Source: the human T2T-CHM13v2.0 reference genome, Homo sapiens. Taken from it: a stretch of DNA of 64,000 bases. Under the pieces are notes generated by a model. It saw only the letters and a program-made list of their open reading frames with translations, was not told the origin of the DNA and made no database searches. Both the position numbers and the translations under genes were made by a program. Of this stretch, positions 42,331-55,744 are shown piece after piece (within the stretch, counting starts at the first letter, position 1; each line of letters starts with the position of its first letter). The stretch is from the NCBI RefSeq assembly GCF_009914755.1, contig NC_060930.1; one strand, given 5' to 3'.

Positions 42331-45300
42331 GAAGACCATCATCACATTTTAAGAAATGTCCTATTTTTCTTCCTAGATTTAGAATTTCATTGTGGTATAG
42401 CTGCCTGGTGAGATTATGAATACTCTTCTGGGTCTCTTAATGTTCTGTAAGCAAGATGCCTGATCATCATTGGTTACATCTCTTTATCAACAGACTGTAG
42501 GCTCAGCTGGGAACTTACCAAACTCGGATATGTAGCTTTTAGTAACTTCTATGAATAAATATTTTGTGGTAAAAAGTTTAAAAATTAACTAAAACAATAT
42601 CAATTTTTAAAAAAATTCTAAATAATAATGGTAAATCCTAAAACGACCAGAATAATTCTCATCATGTGATAAAATCATAAGAAAAAAATAAAGAAAAATT
42701 ATGTTCGGTTCATTAGTAACTAGCTAATTTAGACCTTGACAGCTTCCAGCAGATTGGAATCCCCAAAAAATATCTAAAATGTTCAATAATTCTCTGTGTT
42801 CAAACATAGAACTAAACATGATTACTTAAGGAGGAATGTGGTGGACAATGAAAAAATCACATTAAAAAGAAAATAGCATGGAGAAAACGAGGGAAAAGCA
42901 ATATAAGAAATCAAGATATCATAGTACTTCTTGATTTGAAAAGTTAACACTCTTTAGAAAGTTTGGAATCCATGTAATGTGATTCTGTGAAAAGGTCATT
43001 TAATGGTTTCATCTTTCTGTTCTCAACAAATTCCCAGTGTTGGGGCAACAGTAGCAGTAATGCCAATGACATCAGCATCTCAGTCTCTCAGTCTGAATCT
43101 TGGACTCAATGTCCTGTGATTGCTCCCAAAACAATTATCAAAAACACTTCAATTTCAGAGACTTTTATATGTCTGGACTTTCTGGCATCAAACAATCAAA
43201 TTGTTACTTTAATTAGAATTACATCTGAAATCACACCTTGGTGAAATACCAGAAAGTACTGGTTATAAAAAATAATTAAAATGGTGTTTCTAAAGGGTGT
43301 AGAATTGACCATTACTCAAAATTACTTAGGAGTATTTTAAGCACTTAAGGTGAAGCTTTGGTTCTTTATAGTGAGCTTGAATTGATGACTTCATAGCCTG
43401 ATAAAAGTGAATTCTCCAGGAATAAATAGGGCATTGTAAGAAAAAGCACTTGACAAGAGAAAGAGTGGTGTTTAATACAGCCAGTTGGCAAGTGAATATA
43501 GTTTCCCAAAAGGCATTCTTGAAGGTATTTTTTCACATAAAATTGTAACAAATTTCATTGGCTTTGAAGATGTGCTTGCCTATTATAACAGACATGTCAA
43601 AAACCATTGACAAATCATGAATAGGCTTCTTACAGATAAAGAGATAGTCAACAGTGTCAAATGCAAAATCTTTTTAGTAATGACTAAATCCAGAGACTCT
43701 CAGAAGAGGATGAAGCCCCCTACTCACCATTAGACATCTCTACCAGATTAAGAGTTATCCATTACTAAGTGTTGGTTAGTAAAGGTTCAAGGGGTAACTA
43801 GTTTTCTCTTGCATTCAGCCCATTTTCTTACCTTTTAATCACACATCAGAAGGCACCTTTTCAAATGCTTTGCTACACATGCATCAAGCCTGCACAATTT
43901 CTCTGATCTTCAAGTTCGCTATCTGATGAAGAATTAAGGTTAATTTTACATGACTTCTTTAATTTTGATGAACCTATGCCACATCTTTGCATTTAGCATT
44001 CCTTTTAGGTTCCAATTAATAATACTTTCCGAAATATTGATCAAGGTTAACCTTAAGGTTACTAAATCCTTTCTATTGAGATTTTTTTAAAAAAATTCTA
44101 GAAACCACTGAAATGTCATTAAAACACAGAATAAGTGTTACCTCATGTTTAACGAGAACGTACTCCATAGGATATATAGAAATATGTGAGTTATAGGAAT
44201 TTTCACATTGCCATGATATTCTGAGATTCATTGCTTGAGGGAGGCTGTCCATGGAATATATTGGATATTAGTAAGCAGTTGACATTGTCCTAGAGTTCAT
44301 TTGATAAATAACAAATGCATATATACAAATATCAGCTTTTCTTTCAGTCAGGAAAAATCAAATCTTTTATTCTGTATGTTGTGGAGGTTTTAGCTGAATA
44401 GAAAATATATGTGTAATAATAAAGAGTTCCCAATCAAGAACTTGGAAGCAGGAAAATGGAATTGCCATTCTGAGAGTTAAGTCTTAAAACACACATTACA
44501 TTTTAGGGGAAAAACCACTATATGCAAATTTAGTGATTCGCATAATAGTTTTGCCAAAATTTCTCTCTTTAAGTATTCTGCTCACAATTAGTAATATAAG
44601 AATCTTTTGATTATTGCTGGAAAATGAGTACCCTAGGATTATTACTGATTTCATTCTCCTAGGTAAAAATGTAATGATAATACAATTTTGAATATCGTTT
44701 CAGTTTTACTTACATCTATATACAGAAACTTTAACATATCAAATTTTATTAAATAATTACATGAATAAGAAGTAAAACTAGATAATATTTATATTTAAGG
44801 AGTCCTTTCTAATTCATTCATTCAGCAAATATTAATTGAGCATCTACTCTGTGCCAGATGCCACTCTAGGCTCTGTGAACACAATTATTAAACACTCAGA
44901 GGCTTGTCCTTTTGTAGCTTTGCATACTTCTTGGTAATATAAATGTATGATGGATATTTCAGAACAGTGCTTACTACAAATAAGGAATTCAACTAAATGC
45001 TTATTGAGTGATCAGGCTGAACTATCCTTACAAACTAGTTACTTTTTTATATTTAATTTTCCCATGAGACATGATTTGACCTTTAGCTTATCAAATGCTA
45101 CATACCAAACACATACAAATTATAAAAATATTTACCATGTATTGGATACTTGTAATATTCCAAGTACTGGGCTAGACAGCTTACCTAGATTTTCTCATTT
45201 AACCTTGACAAGATCGCTGTAACGTTAGAACCATTAGAGTCTTTCCAGAGAAGGAAACTAAGGCTCATCCATAGAACTTGCAGGTGACTGAGGCAAGGCT

Positions 45301-45856
45301 CAAAGCCAGACAGTCTAAGCAGGTAGCCCTTAAGATAAACACCCATGTAATGTTAAAACATAGTTCTTTCTATCCCATATGTAAATTTATATTTATTAGG
45401 CAAACACTATATAAAAATAGTAAGTGTACTAGCCAAATAATCATAACCACAAATATCACAATAAAAAGAAAATGATGTGGTCTCTCTCTGGATTCAAGAA
45501 TACTACTGTTGTAGAGACCTAAGAAAGAAGACCTAATAAAGGTCAATGGTACCTCAGTGATAAGTAGACATTAGGCTAATTTCAATTTAATAGCAATTTA
45601 TTTATTGCCTACTATGTGAACTGCATTGCATATACTGTATAGACAAAAATAACTACTGGGCTAAACTAAAAGATTCCTCAAAGCACAGAACAACATCAGC
45701 GAATACTTTAGTCGAGTTTCCATATTCTAGTTTTATATGTGCTCAATAGACATATTTACCTAGGAGGATAAGTATTATTGAAAGTTTTAGCACTGCTGGG
45801 CCTAAATGTTTTTGGTTTTGCAAATACTCCAGGATGGAGTATGACGTTCACAACTA

Positions 45857-45875
45857 CGACCACCAGATGGCACTA
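45857..45875 (+). promoter_or_regulatory. Candidate CTCF binding site
   Basis: CGACCACCAGATGGCACTA closely matches the CTCF core consensus (CCACCAGRKGGCRC) and lies in apparently unique sequence. Confidence 0.75.
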
Positions 45876-46059
45876 GTCTTATCCTTTTCTGAAGAGAATT
45901 TCATATGCAAAATTCAGTGACAGCAGTGTCACTAAAGTTAAGGGGACAGAGCAAGAGGCAACTAAACAAATTTTCCAGCCAACAAAACACACGAGAAATG
46001 TGTTTATGTTAATTCTAATTGTTTTCACTTTTATAATTGCTTAAAATGATCTGTACTCA

Positions 46060-46900
<841 letters not shown>

Positions 46901-48130
46901 GGAATACCTAAGGAGAATAAGAGAATCATTAAGTCTATACAAATCATTTCTCAAGAATGAGGATTTGCATACCACCAAGGTCACTCTCAGTCCTGCATCT
47001 CCTTTTGTATCTGTCTCATAAAATTATTATGTTATGATCTCTCCAAATTTGAAATTTTCTAAATTAATTTGAGGGAAGCATATTAAGTCTACCTTTCAGA
47101 TTCAGGTATTATTGGCCTAAAATCCTACAATATAAAATTTTTTGATCCCTATTACCAAAATCACAGAGTGCAATTTGGTTTTACTTTCAGCTAACTGAGA
47201 TAGGAATGGCTTTCCGTGTTCAGTTCCAGGGATACAAATTATTCTTTATATTCTAATGCAGGAAGACTGGTAGCAATGTATATAAATAACATTATAAAGG
47301 GCTATTTCTGTGATTGTTTTGAAGATCAGAAATATGGTCAAAGGGGCTCTTTCAATGCCTTTATAAAGCGAAATCACAAAGGTCAGCCAATGAGAAGAGA
47401 AAAGAGGTTTCTTTTTTCCTCATTCCCCCACGTATCCTTGCCCTTTTGTACTGTAAATTGCACAAGCTGGCATTTAAATGCACAATGTCAAAGGCAGAGC
47501 ACATGCATTCAACCTGTGCAAAAAGACAGCTGGCTAGGGGCAGAAAGAGAAAAATACTGCCCTAAAGCCTTCAGGGCCAAGCTGCCAATGATACATCCCA
47601 TCTCTCCGGTTTCTCATATCACAGTATTTGCCCTGTGGACAAAGAAGAAGTAGCCAAAGGAGCACTTTCCTTCTGACAGAGCAGAGCAGCTATATTCCAC
47701 CTCTGAGACCAATAACCCCTCCTAGCTGCTTTTGTTAAGCAAAGACACCAGGGATGATGATCTGAACCATTTCAGCCCTTAAATCACGTTTGTAACAGTG
47801 GCTATTTTTGTCAAGGGCTAACTCCACATTTTGCTTATTTGGCTCTCACAATTAAAATTACTCATCCAGGACTGGGTAAGTATAACACACAAATGAAAGT
47901 GGGATTCAGACACTAATAAGAACATGCTGTAATAATTTTGACCCAGAGGTAGCTTGTCATAATAGGTAGGGTAAGTGTGACCGTTATTTCCCTGGTTTAG
48001 GAATACACACCAGCTGGCAAGGAAGGGTGGATGTTCGCACTGTTGCCCTCCAGCAACTCAGTAGGAAAAAGACTAAAAAAATCCATTTGTGCTCACATCA
48101 TCAAATACGTCTTCAGCTGTTGTTTCATGC

Positions 48131-48160
48131 TGTGTGTGTGTGTATGTGTGTGTGTGTGTG
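48131..48160. repeat. (TG)n microsatellite
   Basis: Seen directly, with one interruption. Confidence 0.93.
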
Positions 48161-48829
48161 GTTAAACTAAGCAGCTGAAAAGCAAGTTACTGAATCAAGT
48201 AGTTGCTAAATCCAAACTTTTTTTAATGTTTTGATTTAGAAATAAAAATTCAGGACCATCTACCTAAGTTTCCATTCTTTCTTTTTTCCTGCTCCAACAT
48301 AGGCAATGATACCATACAACATACTTTCATCCCAAACACTGGCACCCTAAAAGCAGTGATTTTCCAAAAGAACAAGTACCTCTTCACTCACCCTCAGCTC
48401 CCATGGAGGTAGGTGGCTACAAGAATCTCAGAATCTTGTTATAGTTTGACAAAGTCTCATACTTTGAGACTTTGCAAGGTACTCTTTCCTCTACACTCAA
48501 CCCCCAACCCCAACATAAAGCCACTGACTCCATTCCATCTTCTCGGTTTATAAAGAAAAAGCAGAAGCCTGAAACGATGAGGGTTGTGCATCCAGTGGCA
48601 GGGTTAGACCTCAGGTCCAAGCTCCCGACTCCCAGCAAAGCATTCTGTTTCACTGCTCATGGCTGCTTTTTTTATGAGCCTTGATGAGTGTTTTGCTTAC
48701 CTGGCAGAAGAGAATCACCCAAGGATCATTTTTAAAATACAGTTGTCTTTCTTATCCTTGCACCAGGACGACTGAATCATAATCGCTGATGGGAAGAGAG
48801 ATTCTGGTATTCTAAACCTCTAGAGATGC

Positions 48830-49182
48830 TGTTTCAAGATGAGCAGGTCTATCTATGTGAACCTACTCCCAAAGGCCATGGGAGCTGAGAGGCTAAAAAA
48901 AGAAACTGATAGATCCAGTTTCTCTGAAAGAAGCATTTCCTAGGGATTTACAAGCAGAAGCCATGTCTCGGGTAGCTGAGAGGTGGTGGATCCCCGCACT
49001 GTTAACCCCCAGAGCCAGGGCTTCTATACCATAGAGAAAGGGTATAGATGTTTCAGAAGGAATTTGCCTATAAGCAGGATTTATGGTAAGTACTTGAAAA
49101 TAGAAATCTGAGAGGAACTGGGGTTAAGCAGAAGTCAGCATAGTGAATTAGTTTCCATGATGGAGTTGCTTTAGCCTTTACA
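48830..49182 (-). mobile_element. ERV1-type solo LTR (MER31-like)
   Basis: Reverse complement begins TGTAAAGGCTAAAGCAACTCCATC…ATGCTGACTTCTGCTTAACCCCAGTTCC. Subfamily recalled, not verified. Confidence 0.65.
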
Positions 49183-49199
49183 CATGCATAATTTTTTAA

Positions 49200-49468
49200 A
49201 ATTTATTTTTTGTTTTAGAGACAGGGTCTCACTCTGGCACCTAGGCTGGAGTACAGTGGTGTGATAACTTACTGCAGCCTCTATTTCCTGGGTTCAAATG
49301 ATGCCCCTGCCTCAGCCTCCAAAGTAGCTAGGACTACAGGCATGTGCCACAGCCCCAGGTTAATTTTTTAATTGTTTATAGACAGGGGGCGGGTCTCACT
49401 ATGTTGCCCAGGCTGGTCTCAAACTCCTAGTCTCAAGTGATCTTTTCACCTTGGTCTCCCACAGCACT
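49200..49468 (-). mobile_element. AluJ-like element
   Basis: gagacagggtctcactct…gtctcactatgttgcccaggctggtctcaaactcct. 5' end truncated. Confidence 0.9.
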
Positions 49469-51434
49469 CGCAAATACATAATTTTAAAAGCTTCTGAGAT
49501 GGAGCACAATCATCCACACTGGACATCTCTGAGAATAAAAGAAAGTGTGATGAATAATTATGTCAATGCTACAGGAGAAAACTGGTGTGTATGTCACCTT
49601 AACCTTGGGTGATACTACTGAGTACCTCCTGCCTCCCAAGTGCTAATGGTCATTGAAACTTTGACAATCGTTTTAGAATCAGAGAAAACAGATTTCAAGT
49701 CCTAATTCCTTCCTACATCAGCGGTAGAAATTTTTACTCTCGAAAACAAATGAATGTGTGCACTTCTGTGAAATGAGGGTGACAATTTTCATCAGTTTTT
49801 CGTCAGTACCCAGTGGAGTGATTGAAACCTTGTAAACAAAAGTGAATATTGACACAAATGGTCAAACCACAGGAAAAAGGGGATCCTGAAGTTTTAAGGA
49901 GTTAATGCAAGCAAAGTGCTCGTAATTTAATAGGTGGACAATAAATGTAAGTTCCTTTTCCACTTAGGGCTTTAATAAACAAAATTACAATCATCTTAAA
50001 TGATCTAATTGCTATTTTTGCTATTTTTGGATAGAAATCATTTTAAAAGCTTATTTTATAAAGCTGTAAGAAAACAAATGACTTTCATAAAGTTTAGAAA
50101 TGACTGTCCTCTGACATGCACTAGTGGTAAAAGATGGCAGCTGAAATACAAGCAGCCTTTCAAATGCTCTTTCTGGTTCTACTGTTTTCCTGGCACAGAT
50201 GCAAGGATTTTTTTAAAAAAAAACAGCAAAACTGTCTATTATTCTCTCAAAACAATTAACACAAAAACTTTTGAATTCAGTGAAGGTCAGAGGATTAATA
50301 GGTTTTATCTGCAATGTGTTTGAAAAGCTAATTAAGACTCCACATACAGCAGAGGAGACTGGGAATACAATATTTAGTTTTTCTCTACATGACCACAGTG
50401 AGCAAAAGTGAATAAAGACAAAGTAAATGCAGAAATTCACAGATGGGAGGCAAATCCTTTTTGAAGGATATAAAACTAAAAATACATCTCATGTGATGGA
50501 AGATGCTTCCTTTGTTTATTCAATGGGTGGATTCAGCATCTGCTTCATACTGGCATTATACTAGGTGCTAGATACTCAGTGTCGAAAAAAACAGAATGGA
50601 CTCACTTTTTTTTCTCTAGCCTAAAGATTACTTAAGTAACAAAGGAACCACATTATAAATTAATGGAAAAAATTTTTAATTGTTGTTAAATGCCAAAAGG
50701 AAAATGGTTTTTGGGTTCCCCAAAATATTGTTTAACAACAACTGAACCAGCCAACTGAAGTGCTCATATGAAAACAGTATGTTTTTAAAAAGTCATCATG
50801 ACAGAACGGTATCTATTTCCCTCTGATTCTTTCTTTTTTCTAACAACATTCTTCTTCCAGTTAAAAGAGAGGAAACAGCAGAGATCACAAAATTCTCTGA
50901 GGAAATTTATCTGCTAAAAAGCCATTTAAATAAATACTGATACATGTTTTCTTTTCCTTCCTTAGAAGCTCAGTTGCTATATACTGGGTGAATTTCCTTT
51001 ATAATGCTTTCCGTGGCTCTCTCCTCTCAATCTGCCACGTTGGATTAGGCCCTCCTTACCTGTCACCAGCATTGTTGTAATTGACTTGAGCTCTGTAATA
51101 TTTATTGATATAACTTTCTAACTACTATTTCTCTTGGTCTCTTGCCTTTGACAGTATATTGGCAGATTAATACTTTTTAGGCAAAGATATGATTTTGTCA
51201 ATCTGTTTCCTTTACACATTTACCTGTCAAATGAAGTGTAAATTATCCAGTTGTGCCCACAAACTTAATTATATCAGCTACCTGATAGGAATATCAGGAT
51301 CTTTCTTCCCAATTTCATTTCCCACTGTCTCTGCTGTTCTCTCTTCATACTCGACCTGAACTTTTCCTCATCCTCTTCCCACCTAACCTCTTTTGACTTT
51401 TTCAGGAGGACTCAGCCATAGAAGTAATTATATA

Positions 51435-52067
51435 CAGATGGCCAACTCTGCATCAATAGGCTTTGCATAGGTGAGCGCCACCATTTTTTGCAGATCAGGA
51501 ATATTTGGGGCCAGGTGCAGTGGCTCCTACCTATAATCCTAGAACTTTGGAAGGTGTAGGCAGGAGACCTGCTTAAGTTTAGGAGTTTGATACCAGCCTG
51601 GTCAACAGAGTGAGACCCTTTCTCTACAAAAAAAAAAAAAAAAAAAAAAAAAAATTGGCCCAGTGTGGCGGCCCACTCCTCTAGTCCCAGCAACTCAGGG
51701 GACTGAGCCAGGAGGACTGCTTGAGCCTAGGGGTTTGAAGTTGTAGTGAGCCATAATAGCACCACTGCACTTCAGCCTACAGAGAAAGGTCACATCTCAA
51801 AAAAAAGAAATATTTCCAAGAAAACAATAAAAATAACACAACAATAAAAATATATACATAAATTAAAAACCAATACAGAATAACAACTATTTACATAACA
51901 TATATTTTGTATTATATATTGTAGGTAATCTAAAGATAATTTAAAACATTTGGGAGGATGTGCGTAGGTTATATGCAAATATTATCTCATTTTTTATAAG
52001 AGACCTGAACATCCTTGGATTTTGGTATTCCTGAGGCATCTTGGAACCAGTCGCTGGGACGTAACTG
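51435..52067 (-). mobile_element. MER2 (Tigger-family) element with TA duplications, interrupted by an Alu
   Basis: TA|cagatggcc…gggaggatgtgcgtaggttatatgcaaata…ggattttggtattc…ttggaaccagtc…aactg|TA. Confidence 0.85.
51509..51806 (+). mobile_element. AluJ-like element nested in MER2, with an expanded central poly(A)
   Basis: ggccaggtgcagtggctc…A~26…gcttgagcctaggggtttgaag. Flanked by aggaatattt and agaaatattt. Confidence 0.9.
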
Positions 52068-55060
52068 TATTCAGTTCTGCCCACACATCTAACATGTTAC
52101 CCAAGTTTGGCCAATCAGAAAATTTCCTTAGAATTTTGAGTTCAGCATGTTTTTTCCTTGGGGTTCAGCATTTAATGACTTTGTAAGCCTGACATTTACA
52201 GAAGCAATCTTGTTACAAGGTATAGAGTTTTTATCCAAAACTTTAACTAAGCAGGAAAGCTTAGTTAAGGGAGATGGGAAAAGTTATGGGAGATGGGAAA
52301 AGAGAGATTCAGAGAGAGAGCCATGATAATACCCTTCATAACTCTGAATCCAACATTCCTCCCATTGGAATTCCAAGAAAAGCAATCTAATACATATTTT
52401 AAAAACTAATTTGGACTAAATTAATCATGATGAATCAAACACATAAAAGTTCCCCTACAAAATAGTGGGAATTCCACACATTTAAAAAATTATTGAATGG
52501 AATCATTGCTGCTCACAATTTATACAAGTAGTAATTTAGGTCAAAGTGGTTAAATAAAATGGGGCAAGTTTATGTAACAAGACTTAGGCCTAACAAAAAA
52601 AGTCTTCAGTACTTATTACCTAAGGTTAAATTCTAGATTGCAAACCCCTCTACTTATCCTCAATGACAACTATAACAGGTTTTAAAACCTCCTAAATCTG
52701 CTGTAGATACAGATAATAATAATAAGGTTGTGGGTTTCCTTCAAGGGGCTATTAGGAAAAAATTAGTAAAAAGGTGTAACAGGAATAAATTATGGATTAC
52801 TATGTAGCACAAAGGATAGTGGATTTTTTCTAACTATAATTACTAGCAAAGCAGATAAATGTAACAGCGTTATGGGTAGCTGTGTCTAATTTGTCTTGGG
52901 CTGTCTCGCTGTGTTTATTAATAGTTTGGAGGAATAAACATGTTGTTAATTTTATACTCCAGCTATAAAATGCCATCTTTTCACATTAAACATTTTAAAA
53001 AACAGAAGTTAAAGCTCAGAATAAAATTAAAAGAAGCATTTGAATTTTGTTTCCTATTTTATTCATAAGATAAAACCAATGAAAGTTACCCCTGCTTTTA
53101 GTTATAAAAATTTTGAAATTTACATTAACATAATGTTTTCTGGCAAGTAAATGCTGAATTGACAAATATATTTTTCTTCCTAAGTCTCATTAAATAAATA
53201 CATATTTATTCACTCTCTAAACCAGCTACCAAAATAGGTATATTTAAACATTTATCAGAGAAGTTATTTTCCTCCTATAAGAAGTCGTGCAGCAAGGTGA
53301 GTTATATCAAACATAAAATGTTTTATTTAGTTTGTTATCTCACTCTCATTATTCAAGAGTTTTAAAGTTGCTATAACTATTCTAAATCTGTATGGATGTT
53401 TATTTGAGTAATAAACATTTAGTTTGAAAATTACAAAATACAAACATAAACTAACTTAGACAAAATGAGGAATTAATTAAATCATGTAATGTAATGTCAG
53501 GAGGTCAGGGGAATAGTACTTTCCAGGGATACATGAATCATAGTCTTGAAATACCTTTAAACTTCTACCTTAATATGTTTTTTTGTCTTATTTTATGGGG
53601 CAGCATTATTTTCAAGATTAGCTACCACATCAAGGATGTAAATACGGCCAATAGCATTTCTTGCACTCACTCAAATTACCATCTATAAAAATAAATCATC
53701 TTCCTTTTTTCCTTTTTACTTAAAGCCTATGGACAGCACTCTGGCCTAACTTGGGTCATGGGCCCACACTCATGGGGAAAGTGACAGGTGGAACAATGAC
53801 AGTAACTTGAAACCCCATTTGAGCCTACATGGTTAGAGTTTAGGGGAAGGGCCATTCACCAAATGAGCAGAATAAGAAGGAAAGAGAAATGCCAGAGGAA
53901 AATTATAACTGTCCATTGTCATTTTTTGTTGATTCAGTCTTTCAGTAGGCAAGACTATGAGTTTTTAATCATCGTATTTATATACCCTACCTGGCCACAT
54001 TCGAAGGCACATATGGAAACTTTATGCCTCATGTTACCAAGGCATCAAACTGAATAAAAAACTGTTTTCTAACCTGCAGTCTTTAACTCCTTCCTGCCTA
54101 ACTGCCCTTTTCTGTCCCTAATTGGTTATTCTGGCCTACTTCTTCCACAATGACATTCACACATCCATGCCTTCTCATCAAGGCTAAATCCTTTCTATAG
54201 AGACCATTTTACAGCAAAGTTGAAGTCACGGCTCTTTTCATATGCATTATGTTTTCATAGGCCCTCTATAAACAAGAAAAAACAACTCATGCATCAATTA
54301 GCTTTCTGTCTGCGTTTTTTTTTTAACTTGCTAGTTAAATATTTCATACGCTAATTGGTCTTGTCATTTTGATAAAATTTGAGTGAAGCTAAAATTCAGT
54401 TGCAATAGGAAATTAAATTGTGCATATACTTTTGAAATCTAAATGCTGAAACCGTGAGTTCTATTGGAAATGGAAGAAATTTCGTCAAATAACAAATGAT
54501 TACAAATGGCAAGCATGTGTGATTAGGACCTCAGTTAATGGCTTTGCTGCATGAGAAAAGCTGCCCAGGTGTTATCGTCGCCCTTCAGTTGATGAATAGC
54601 CTTTTACACCTTTGTGGAGACTTTAGATTTTATTCTGAGTGAAGTGGAAGCCTCTGTAAAGGTGGAAACAGATGAAGGCAGAGCATCCATCAACCTGGGT
54701 GCCTAAGTGGCTATGATGAGTACAGCAGGTTTCCCAACTTGTGCATGAAGAAGAAAAAACGTTCTCATTTTTCAAAGCTGCTGAAATTTTCAGGGGTTTT
54801 CATATTGTTGTTACACTATGAACTTGACTTTAGAGGTAAGAGGCTATGGTACCAGAACTGAGGTGGTTCATAAAGGTAGTGAGGAAAGTTCAGCTACTAA
54901 ACATATTTCAAAGGTGAAAGTGAGAGGATTTAATAATGAATTAAGGAAGAGAAATAATGGAGTCAGCAGTGGCTAGAGAGATTTAAGCCTGGGGAAAAAA
55001 GGGTGTAGTAATCTTCTAATAAGAGGAAAATACTGAGCATAGAGCCACATTCAGAGGTAG

Positions 55061-55062
<2 letters not shown>

Positions 55063-55104
<42 letters not shown>
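55063..55104. repeat. (GT)~21 microsatellite
   Basis: Seen directly. Confidence 0.95.
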
Positions 55105-55111
<7 letters not shown>

Positions 55112-55696
55112 GATGAGGGGTGTTGTTGTTTGTTCAAAAAAACATATTAACTTCAAGAAGTCTACTGGATATTTAAATGGAGATGGTGAATAGGCAATTG
55201 GATAGATGAAGGTGTGATTTTGGAGTTCAGTGAGAGGCCCCAGTTGGAGACATACATTTGAGAGTCATTATTATAAGAATGGTTTTAAATTTATGAAACT
55301 ATGAGATCACCAAGGTAGTGAGGATAGAGAAAGAGAGAATTGAGCCCTAGAGTGCTTCCAATTTGGGATTCCAGAAAGAAAGGGAGGAAGCCAGCAAAAG
55401 AAAACAAGAGAGTGACCAGAGAACTTAAAAGGAAAGAATGTTGTCTAAGAGGGTGAGTGAAGAAAGAGATAGGCTGTGAAATGCTCTTGAGAAGGAGTTC
55501 ACCTTTGGACATGGTAATGTGGAGAGTTGACAAGAACTGTGGTGGAGTTGAAAGCCTAAGTACAGCGGGGATGAGAGACCGGAAGGAGAATGTAGACAAT
55601 GCTTATGAGGAGTTTAGCTGTAAAGGGGATCTGAGAAATCAGGCAGCAACCTGAGAAGGATGTGCTGTCAATAACAGGATATTTATATAATATACA

Positions 55697-55744
55697 TATC
55701 TATCTATCTATCATCTATCTATCTATCTATCTATCATCTATCTA
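55697..55744. repeat. (TATC)n tetranucleotide repeat
   Basis: Seen directly, with TCA interruptions. Confidence 0.92.

Noticed and set aside
43826-43875. Possible extra minus-strand TRDN cassette ending AAG|gtaag
   Set aside because: No pyrimidine tract at the nearest AG, length not a multiple of 3, and an in-frame TAA.
47216-47653. Longest ORF (145 aa, plus strand)
   Set aside because: GTG start, no recognisable domain and no convincing splice context. Its length is explained by locally higher GC.
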